Assembly: GCF_006345805.1 (NCBI RefSeq)
Contig: NC_042998.1
Coordinates: 73,284,001 to 73,348,000 of the forward strand
DNA length: 64,000 bases
Direction of reading: 5' to 3'
From: Octopus sinensis
Lineage: Eukaryota
Shown here piece by piece: positions 52,904 to 64,000 of this stretch (position 1 is its first letter; the number at the start of each line of letters is the position of its first letter). The notes beneath the pieces are model-generated. The model had not been told where the DNA came from and ran no database searches. It saw only the letters and a list, made by a program, of their open reading frames with translations. Both the position numbers and the translations under genes were made by a program.

Positions 52904-53220
52904 GTGAAGGCGCATGGCTTAGTGGTTAGGGTAATCGGCTCACGGTGGTAAGGTTGTGAGTTCAATTTCCGACTGTGCGTTGGAAAGACATTTTATTTCA
53001 CTTTGCTCTAGTCCACTCAGCTGACAAAAATGAGCTGTACCTGTAATTCAAAGGAGCAGCCTTGTCACATTTTATGTCACGCTAAATCTTCCTGAGAACT
53101 ACGTTAAAGGTACGCATGTCTGTTGAGTGCTGAGCCTCTTGCACGTTACTTTCACGTGCAGGCTGTTCCGTTGATCGGATCATCTGGAACCCTCGTCGTC
53201 GTAGCCGACAGAGTGCCACT
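52904..53220 (+). mobile_element. tRNA-derived SINE, family E head with a different tail
   Basis: gtgaaggcgcatggcttagtggttagg...gagttcaatttcc...aagacattttatttcactttgctctagtccactcagctg. Confidence 0.85.
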
Positions 53221-53281
53221 TGCCTTCATGGCCAACTGCTCATCTCATTGAACGTTCTTTTCTAGGCCTGCATATAATATA

Positions 53282-54551
53282 CGAGGGGCGTTCAATAAGT
53301 AAAGCCTCTGACCCACTTGCAGTTGTTTGATCTAGCTGAAACTTTGCATGTGCACTTATTTATACCTCTATAGATTAAGTGGCGAATTACAGCTCTGAAC
53401 TAATTGTGGTTTCTGATTTACAGGTGTTTGAACTGAGTCAAGTGTGAAATGGAGCCTGTTGAGTGTCGAGCAGTGATCTGGTTTTTGTATTTGAAAGGAC
53501 GCACACCACGGGAGACTTTTGATGAAATGAAAGTAACTTATGGTGATGATGCCCCATCATATGACCTTGTAAAACGCTGGCATTGTGAATTCAAACATAG
53601 TCGGAACTCTGTGGAAACAGCTCCCAGATCTGGTCGCCCCCTTCTGCCGTTGATGAGACGTCTGTCCGTCAAGTAGAGGGTGCCATTTTGGAAGGTCAAC
53701 GCATAACTATTCACCAAATAGCCCATAAGGTCAAGATTAGTACCGGGTCTGTGGAAACTATCATTCATGACCATTTGCATATGCAAAAGGTGTCTGCCAG
53801 ATGGATTTCCAGGTTGCCCACACCTTTCCAGAAGCAAGAACGCGTTGAGTGCTCGAGGATGAATTTGGAGATGTGCCAAGAAGATGAGTCAACATTTTTC
53901 AAAAGACTGATCACACAGTATAAAACCTGGGTCCATCACTATGATCCATAGACCAAAGCCCAGTCAATGCAGTGAAAGCACCGTGACTCACCTCCTCCAA
54001 AGAAGGCAAGGGTGCAGCCTTCCGCTGACAAGGTTATGCTCACAGTCTTCTGGGACCAGGACGGAGTAGTGATGACAGATTTCCTGGCAAAGGGTACCAC
54101 AATTACAGGAGCCTATTATGCTTCACTTTTGAGGAAATTAAGAGAAGCTATCAAAATCAAGAGGCGGGGCAAGATCAGCAAAGGCATCCTCCTCCTGCAG
54201 GACAACGCTCCGGTCCACAACTCGCGTGTCGCCAGATCAGAAGCACAGGCGTGCAGCTATGAACTCCTCCCCTTGCACCCTCTGATTTTCACCTCTTCCC
54301 AGCCATGAAGTGGATTTTGAAAGGAAAGCGTTTCCCAGATGATGCAGCCTTGATTTCTGAAGTCACGTCGTGGTTCGAGGACCAAGCTGGGATCTTCTAC
54401 AAAAACGGTCCCCAGAGCTGTATCAAACGATGGGAGAAATGCATAACTCTGGGTGGTTCCTATGTAGGAAAAGACTAATAACTGTGCCAAGTGTCGTTGC
54501 TCTACTGCAATGGAAAGTGGGTCAGGGGCATTACTTATTGAACGCCCTTCG
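53282..54551 (+). mobile_element. full-length mariner (irritans-like), 1270 bp, inactive
   Basis: 37-bp TIRs (53282-53318, 54515-54551; 3 mismatches) and TA TSD. Transposase 53449-54478 has a frameshift, stops, first D>Y (ITQYKTW), intact QDNAP and APSDFHLF, and a deleted YSPD. Confidence 0.97.
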
Positions 54552-55103
54552 TATGTGCAGTTGAATGTAAACACTGACCACCTTGGGTCTACTCAAATAT
54601 ACCATTTAGTTAGGTATTCAGTTATCGGTCTTTACCCTCAGAACTTAGGTATTTGATTATTAAAGCGCAATAAAATACGCATTATACGAAATCTGTAAAG
54701 GTGGTGCCCACGCACGGCTGCAGTCCAAAGATAAAAAGACCAGTTTAATAATGAACGAATGAAGAAATATTTCGAATTAAATGTTTAAACAAAGACAAAT
54801 ATAGATTTAATATTTCGTTGCTGTATTTCAATGTCATTTAAAGGAGAAAGACGACCAAATTCTCACCAGTCTAGTTCGGCATGCAGAGAATGATGGAAGT
54901 GCCATGGTTGGAACGTCTCTGGTCGGATGCCTGTCCAATAAGGGCTGATGGTGTATTAAACAATGAAAGCTCTCCATTTTCTCTGCTGTTTGTAAATTCC
55001 TCTTAATGTAAAATCCGCCTTTTAAACCCTATCCCCATACTACTTCCATTTTATTTCCACCCTATTACCCACCATTTTTCTCTTTAAATGAAATTTGAGA
55101 AAT

Positions 55104-55649
55104 TTAATTACGTTTCCATTGTAGGAGTGAGATTTTATCTTCAGTGTTTTCTGCAGCCATTAATCTTACAATGTCTTTTGCTACTGCCATTAGGCATAAT
55201 AACATTATCCAGACGTCCTTGCCAAATATAAACGGTGTCCCATTGAGTCTATCAGTGTAGAAAGCTTTGATTCCATTGCCAACATTAATTTTCTTGTCAC
55301 GTAAAGACATGAAAGGCAGTCTACTAGTCAATTACATATACCACCCAGCTGGAGCAATTACAATCTTTTGGAATCTATTTACACAGAATCTGACTCTTTT
55401 GTTTCCTTCGTTCCGCTTTCTTACTGCTTCACCGTCTGCAATAGTTGGGTGCATCTGTCTGCTAGAAATAGTAGCCATATCTTCCTCAAATCCAAGTGTT
55501 TCGCCTTTTAAAAGAAACCACAATATTCGTGGGATAATATAATCGAGAAAAAAAATTGAAATGATCGTGCTTGGATCAACTTCGATAATACTTCTGCAGA
55601 TTCTGCGCTTTTTCGACATAAGCAACAAGAACAAACATAACAGCAACAT
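55104..55649 (-). other. unidentified 182-codon reading frame with a single in-frame stop
   Basis: Track ORFs 55332..55649 and 55104..55331 are the same frame, separated by one TAA; sequence is non-repetitive; no family recognised. Confidence 0.3.
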
Positions 55650-56077
55650 CAGTTTCTAAAAGAACGATGAAAATTACAACAACAATGATAGCAAGAACCA
55701 AAAACAAGAGAAACGAAAATATAAACAACAACTACAAAAGTAATGGCTATAACAGCAGTAAAACAGCAACTACGACAGCAGCAGAAAGGAAAGCATTAAA
55801 AACAACAATGGCGGAAACAGCAACTGCAGCAACAAGAACCACATAACAAACTGTTATAACAGCAATGAAACAGCAACAGCACCAAGATCAACGATACTCA
55901 AATACATATGTAGGAAGGCACATATAATACTAAAACCTCGGAGAGTAAAACCTTATGAATGCTATACTAAAAATGTATACGGTATTACCAACTGTGTTGT
56001 CCACTTCACAGATATATATTCAGACAAAATAATAGCTCATATTTTTGGTTTTTTATATACATCACTTTTATCTAATA

Positions 56078-56418
56078 CTAGCACTATGACCCGGCAACGC
56101 ATATAGAGCTGCGTGCGTGCGCGCATACACGCAAGTACTGTCCAAATCTCCGACATACAGCTAGCTGGCATTCAATTGGCGTATCAAGTTTCGAGAATTT
56201 TGATTGGGTTTTGGATAGAAAATTCACAAAAAAGTCATTTCTATTGATTTTTAGTGGCTTTGCGGGGTGACTGGGGAAATGTAAAGATGTGCACGACCAC
56301 TCTTGGACGGTTCTGAATGACCATAGAATGTGCGAGCCCTCTACCTGAAAAATTGTGGATTTGTATAAAGGATACACACACACACAGACAGACATTTTGC
56401 CGTTTATATGTATAGAGA
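56078..56418 (-). mobile_element. non-autonomous Helitron, 341 bp
   Basis: Minus: A|TCTCTATACATATAAACGGCAAAATGTCTGTCTGTGTG...gcgttgccgggtcatagtgCTAG|T. Canonical 5'-TC, 3'-CTAG and A/T insertion site; 3' hairpin partly lost. Confidence 0.85.
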
Positions 56419-57062
56419 TTTATCTAATATTTTTCTCTTAGCTGAGCAGTAGCGGAACTGACGCTTTCCATGTCCTTTAAGACAAGGAGTAGGAATGAAG
56501 TTATCCTCAAATCTAAGGGCTGGCTCAAATGTATGCAAGAGATAAAAGCCGTTGAAGGTAATTGCAAGGTAATGGCGTTAAACTGAGCACCGGATTAAGA
56601 CGCTCAGTTCAACACAGGCCATGGAAAGGACAGAAAGATAAGAAAGAAACAGTTATAATGTGATCTTATATTGTCATTGAGCTAAAAGTGTACTTTACAT
56701 ATTGAATACAAAAGGGTGAGGGGTAACTTGATTCTGGCAGAAATAACTACCGCTAAGCAATCAGTCTTACAGCATAATAATACGACCATTTTACCGCCTG
56801 TATAGATATTATCTCATGAAGAATGTTGATATCTTTTATGTATAACGAATTCAACGGTTCAACACAATCGCAAATCCGATCAATATACAATGACAATGGG
56901 TTCGATACTACATTGGGGCACTTTTGTATCAGAATCTCTAGTTGACAATTATCATCTAACTGAAATCTGAGTGACAGAGTCATTTTAGTGTTATGAGTAT
57001 TTGTATATAAGAATGAATGAGTGAATGGGTGTATGTATGCTTGAATGTACAGACAGACAGAC

Positions 57063-57145
<83 letters not shown>

Positions 57146-57163
57146 CATGCATACATACATATA

Positions 57164-58100
<937 letters not shown>

Positions 58101-58116
58101 AATAAAGATACGCAGT

Positions 58117-58117
<1 letters not shown>

Positions 58118-58212
<95 letters not shown>

Positions 58213-58221
58213 CAAGCAGGC

Positions 58222-58320
<99 letters not shown>

Positions 58321-58322
58321 CA
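58118..58322. repeat. (AGAT)n with one interruption
   Basis: Read directly. Confidence 0.95.
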
Positions 58323-59271
58323 GAAAATGAAAGAGAGGTACAGATTATTCAGACTTAAATAATAAATGGCATCAATTTATGTAATGGAGATAATGTAGAT
58401 TAAAATATGTTTCAACAACTAATTTGTGCAACTAATATATAGTTTCAAAAACAGTAGGATTCCAGTCTACTCACCACATTCCAACTCCCAGCAGACTTGG
58501 AGAACATATGAATTCGATGCCAAATATAAATACTTATGTTTGATTTTGTTACCGTTTAAAAATCAAATTTGAATGTAACAAAACACATTTTCAAAAAAAG
58601 TACTTTATTATATGTTAAAAAATAATAATGAAGAAAATATAAAGAATCTAAAAACACTTATGGATAATGCTATAAATCTTAACGTTCCATCAACAAAGAG
58701 TTTTTTCTTTCATTTTTTAATTCCATTGCTTGTATTTCTTTGCCTTCCAGATTTAATAATGTTTACATGACACATCACCAGTGACGCCAAGAAAAAATTG
58801 TTCAAATCCAAACGTTTAAAAAATATCGAGAATTATCAGGGTTTCTAACTTGTCAGGTGTAGCAGAATATGCTGTCAGCTCTTTCTATTCCTTTGCGGAA
58901 GTTCCATGAGTGTGCATGACCACTTGATACGCTTCCGTTGGATTACTTAGACAGTAATTGTGAACATGAGCAGTTTCTTCTACCATTTTACCGCTATTTT
59001 TGTTATTTTCCATTTCCACTACGTCAGCAACACGTGAATGGCTACTGATATATTTGAATATTTCTACAAGTCATTCTATGAATGTATTTAAAATTATAAT
59101 ATTTCACCACTGCTGCAAGTGATATCCAATTAGTAGAACCCCAAATATATATAAACCTCATATATATGTAGTATATAGATTGATAACGAAGTATTCAAAC
59201 CAATGAATAACTCTGTTATACATCAGACCCTTTAAATAAGCCTGGTTTATTATCGAATCGAAATTAAACTA

Positions 59272-59354
59272 ATGTGATACACGCGGTCCTGAGTTTCTAT
59301 GTATATATCTGTCATCAGCGTGTACCCAGAAACTCGGGTCCGTGTGTATCGCGT
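59272..59354 (+). ncRNA. long imperfect hairpin, pre-miRNA-like candidate
   Basis: 27-bp stem with 22 Watson-Crick, 4 GU and 1 UU pairs on the plus strand. Confidence 0.35.
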
Positions 59355-59671
59355 CAGGCTGGCGATGTGAAAGCTGACTTCCCTTTGAAAATACTTATAG
59401 GGCACAGATACTATATCAATAGCTAGCTGGAGGAGATGTCTTCCTGGGGCTACAAACTACAGTAGCATCGACCCTGAAGGTTTAGCCATTTGGCATACGG
59501 GTTTACTACATTTACATCACCACAAATTATCAGGTCAGTAATATGTACTGACATCTTTACATATAAGCACCTATGTGTATAGATGTGTGGCTACGCAATC
59601 ACGTATATCTGTGTACATATTTGGGTACGTATGTGTATGTGTCTGTGTGTGCGTGTGTGTGCGTGTGTGTG

Positions 59672-59713
<42 letters not shown>

Positions 59714-60512
59714 GTGTTTGTGTGTGCCTTTGTTCAGACGGAAATTGATATAGACATCAACACGAATGTCAATGTTATACAAACTTATTAGAGATATTTA
59801 TTGCGCACTGAATTATAGTCTCTTCTCAACGTCAGATATCCCGAGATACTTCAGTGGTTGGCTGGTTGGTTGGTTGGTTGGTTGGTTGGAACCACGTAAC
59901 TAATGTCGCAATTAATCCAGAATTGCAATGTTTATTTTCTATATCGATTATTTTTAATATTTCCCTTCAAGATGTTTACATTATAACAGTTAAAATGAAA
60001 ATATTATCCCTGTATCTCTTCTAGCATTGAATAGAGGAACATAATAACATCTAATAGACTTGGAAATACATAAGTATATTTTGTATATTTTGTCTATCTA
60101 ACTATATCGCTACTATCATTGGTTAGCTTTAAATTAGGTCTCAACCATCGTATCTATGATGAAGGTCATTCTACTCGTGATCACTCAGCCTTTTTAACTG
60201 TAATATATCCTAACATGAATTATCCAACCCGTCTTATTTCGAAATATATAGAATGTGTTTTGAGGAAGATTTTCCCAGTATTTCTACAGCCCCATTAAGT
60301 TTTTTTCTAGTTTTCAAACGATATTAGAAATGAGTATATTCATTACTTTGTATAAGTAAAGAATGCACTAATCATAATAAATATATATTGAATACTTTCT
60401 CTTTTTATTTATGTCTTTGCAAGGACTAGTTCTACCACGTGTATATAACTGATCACGCCGGGCATATTTGTCATGGTAGTAATACATACATGTATGTATG
60501 TGTATATATATA

Positions 60513-60700
60513 GGTTGGCGATTTTCTTTCTCCGTCTTCCTTTCCTTGGACTTTTCCTTTTTTAATGTTTCTGACGAAGAGCTCCGCTCGAAACGTTAAT
60601 CCTCCTTCTTTCTTTCCTTTCCTGAGCGTCCAATAACACTATACTTGTTCCACGTCCTCGCGTTGTTTTCTCATTGTGTTTTCATGTTTGGATTATCTAT
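60513..60700 (+). mobile_element. ~190-bp hammerhead-bearing repeat, best-preserved core
   Basis: CTGACGA(60571-60577)-A-GAGC tcc GCTC-GAAA(60590-60593)-CGTT; flanked by TA repeats. Confidence 0.85.
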
Positions 60701-60749
60701 GTTAATATATATATATATACATAGTTCATCCTATATATATATATATATA

Positions 60750-60908
60750 TCATCATCATCATCATTTAGCGTCCGCATTCCATGCTAGCATGGGTTGGAC
60801 GGTTCAACTGGGGTCTGTGAAGCCAGAAGGCTGCATCAGGCCCAGTCTGATCTGGCAAACGGCCACGGACGGATGGTGCTTTTTACGTGCCACCGGCACG
60901 AGGCCAGT
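60750..60908 (-). mobile_element. retroposon 3' fragment with (GAT)n tail (RTE-related, inferred)
   Basis: Minus: gactggcctcgtgccggtggcacgtaaaaagcacc...ccaacccatgctagcatggaatgcggacgctaaa-(tga)n. Confidence 0.6.
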
Positions 60909-60964
60909 CTATATATAATATATATATATATAGTCTATATATATATATATATATATATATAGTC

Positions 60965-61033
<69 letters not shown>

Positions 61034-62554
61034 TGTGTGCGTGTGTGTATGTCATTAGTTTTTAATGACTAATACGGCCAAGATTAAGAGTTATAAAATA
61101 CAAGTCATAAATGACCTATTTCAATATGCTCGCCATAACCTTCGAGAGTGCAATTTGTCTAAGACGTCTATCAGTCAGAAGAAAACAAGCACACTTTTAT
61201 TAAATAACAGAATGAGTACCTCATGAGACTGTGTAACCCAATTTTTGTCTCCGGGTACCAACTGTTATTTCCTGTTTGCTTACCACTAGAAAGTAAGAAA
61301 AATGGCTATTTCTTTCAAAATTTGATTTTTTACATTTATTCAAACCTCAAAGAATTCTCCCCAACACATGGCTATGATATTTTCCCACTACTCCTGTTCA
61401 TGGTCAGAGATGCACATATTGTCAGTCACTATGGGACGTGCTCGAGTGGTTATGGTCAAGCAAGTGATAAACGCATCTTTGATATTAAACAGAACATTTG
61501 CTATAACAATATTTCTGCTTCAGCGACTCAGCACTGAATCTGTCTGAAATGTAATGGAAAATAGGTCAGTTTCAAAACATTGATGTCCAGTTCACAAAAT
61601 CAAAGTTTGAAGGGAATAGTGATCATTTCCTTTGATTTTGAGATATAAGCAAGAAGGAAAAAAACACTTACTGATCAAAAACAAAAAATACTACTAATAA
61701 TAATAATACACAGTGAACACTATTAAATTTACATCTAATGTAGGATAAAATTTTTTCGAAAAAAAATTTTATCAATGGCCAGCATATAAAAAAAATACCT
61801 CTAAAGGTTACATTTATAAATAACTTATAAAATAAGGGCAAAAGAAAAATTCCGATGCCAAATATGCCGAAAATAGACAAATTATCAATAACGATTATAA
61901 TTTATGCGTCTTGAAACAAGCCGATAGAAATTTCTAAAACATTCCGTTATTACCCTATTCATATTCATATAATTCTATAAAGCGCTGAGCTTGATGAATC
62001 TTTGACAAGTAAGGCAAAATGGTTAGTGGCATTTCTTTAAGCACTTTACCGAGGTGACATTGACATTCATCTTTTCAAGCTCTATAAAATAAATATCATT
62101 TGAAAACTGAAGTCATGTAATCGATTGATTTGTTCCCTATAAATCCCTGGCCTTGAAACTAAATTTCAAAACATAGACTAAGGATAGCCAAATTACCAAA
62201 CGGTTTCTTACATTTGATGGATTTATGAATCTAGAAATCATAAGAAAAGGCCGAAATGAATAGAATAACATGGGCACTTTATCACAGGTGGCCTGATAAT
62301 ACCACTTCTGTTTTATAATTCGCAGGGCTATAGTAAATAATGGGAGCGAAAATCATGAGTTAAATTAAATAGATTGCATCTCCGAAGAAAGGAATATTTT
62401 GTTCATCAGAGTTATATCCCGTGGATTGGGACCAAAAGTGCCCACATCAGTGTATAACGTATTTGCTTATAGGATAGTAGTGTAGAAGATGAGCGCCTGT
62501 GTGAGGATGTGAATGGTGGGAAAGATATATATATATTCTTTTTTTCTTTTTCTT

Positions 62555-62914
62555 TCTTTTACTTGTTTCAGTCATTTGACTGCGGCCATGCTGGAGCACC
62601 GCCTTTGGTCGAGCAAATCGACCCCGGGACTTATTCTTTGTAAGCCCAGTACTTATTCTATCGGTCTCTTTTTGCCGAACCGCTAAGTGACGGGGGATGT
62701 AAACACACCAGCACACAAACACACACACATACATATATATATATATACATATATACGACAGGCTTCAGTTTCCGTCTACCAAATCCACTCACAAGGCATT
62801 GGTCGGCCCGGGGCTATAGCAGAAGACACTTGCCCAAGATGCCACGCAGTGGGACTGAACCCAGAACCATGTGGCTGGTTAGCAAGCTACTTACCACACA
62901 GCCACTCCTGCGCC

Positions 62915-62915
<1 letters not shown>
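62555..62915 (-). mobile_element. full-length SINE A/B, well preserved
   Basis: Complete head, internal CA/TA repeat and tail ending in an A-rich end. Confidence 0.92.
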
Positions 62916-62974
<59 letters not shown>

Positions 62975-63794
62975 TACACATGTATATCGAGTAATGCATA
63001 TACAATACAAAATATATGTGCATAACATATATATATATATGTGTATTTATATAAAAGTTTAAAGGTATGTGCGTATGTAATTATATTTATACAGAGAAAG
63101 AGAGAGAGAGACGGGAGAGCGAGCAAAATGACCTCTTAAAACAATTCTGAAGAACGCGCATTGCACGGTAATCGAAACACGAGTACTCGTATACATCGAT
63201 AAAAATAATTATCCCCTAAAGAAAATATATTGCGGAATACATTGTACGATGCATATCCATTTCACCACACATTTTCTAAAATATTAGATTATTTCCCTCA
63301 TCTAGAATTCATGGCGTTTAATATATTTCATCACCCCATCTAAGGAAATGCATGTTCTAATATGTTCTAATACTCCTTGAAAATGAATTTATAAAACATT
63401 TAGCGTTATTATTAGTTTATGTATTTCTTGTTAAATTTACCAAAATTTTTCAACGATATTGTATGGCATCCTACAATCAGTTGTTGAGTTATTTACAGAT
63501 AATTTAAACTGTTTATCTATATTTACGTTTATTATATTTACAGTTTTCAAACTTTAAAAGGGTGTGAATGTATCAGTCTTCTTCCTCTAATGATAGATAC
63601 GAAGCAGTTTATTACTTGCCTCTCTTCAAAGCTGTTCTTTAATGCCCAGTAAAAATATTTCACAATTTTCATGGTTGATAACATTCAAATATTATTTGAG
63701 GCATATAAAAATGCACTTTAATAATAATGTTATATATATATATTTGTGTGTGTGTGTGTGTGTGTTTGTATATGTGTATGTATGCTTCTGTATC

Positions 63795-63960
63795 TGTGTT
63801 TATCCCTCCACCATCGCTTAACAACTGATGTTGGTGTATTTCGGCGAAAGAATCGATAGAATAGGTAATAATTACTAGGCTTACAAAGAATAAGTTCTGG
63901 GATCGATTTGTTCCACTACAGGCGGTGCTCCAGCATATCTGCAGTCAAATGACTGAAACT
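63795..63960 (+). mobile_element. SINE B tail
   Basis: ccatcgcttaacaactgatgttggtg...gatagaatagg...ggcggtgctccagcat..gcagtcaaatgactgaaac. Confidence 0.8.
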
Positions 63961-64000
63961 GGTCGTTATTTCCCTTTCCATGTCGTCTATCTCTGACGAG

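Noticed and set aside
58800-59030. Minus frame MENNKNSGKMVEETAHVHNYCLSNP...
   Set aside because: Short, interrupted, no family assignable.
61223-61537. 104-aa plus ORF
   Set aside because: The central part appears to be the antisense of a retroposon tail (recognised from memory); no protein motif.
62269-62446. 10-bp inverted repeat tgggcacttt/aaagtgccca
   Set aside because: Too short, and no TSD evident.
63147-63192. CTGAAGA...GAAAC-ACGAGTACTCGT-A with a 12-bp palindrome
   Set aside because: Stems I and II do not form, and stem III is out of register.

Overview
AT-rich, repeat-dense eukaryotic DNA. It is most likely from an octopus; this is inferred from the SINE families and microsatellite style, not from a database search. 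I cannot identify any intact protein-coding gene with confidence, and I see no rRNA, true tRNA gene or CRISPR array. Almost all ORFs in the supplied track are microsatellite artefacts or transposon debris. The window contains: (1) many simple repeats; (2) about 20 copies or fragments of at least four tRNA-headed SINE families; (3) decayed Penelope-like elements (PLEs), LINE fragments, a Tc1-type element with DD36E spacing, three mariners (one full-length with TIRs and TA TSD), an internally deleted Helitron and a 341-bp non-autonomous Helitron; (4) a 380-bp foldback element nested in a SINE; (5) a near-identical 1.2-kb tandem duplication. The most striking signal is the density of minimal hammerhead-ribozyme-like motifs (CUGANGA...GAAA), about nine in several sequence families. 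These include a ~190-bp non-coding repeat present in 4-5 copies in or beside AT/TA-rich simple repeats. Weaker candidates are a minus-strand gene start (signal-peptide exon at 22085-22260 plus possible non-coding exons), an unidentified 182-codon minus-strand frame with one stop, and several RNA-hairpin or pre-miRNA-like structures. All alignments and folds were done by eye.
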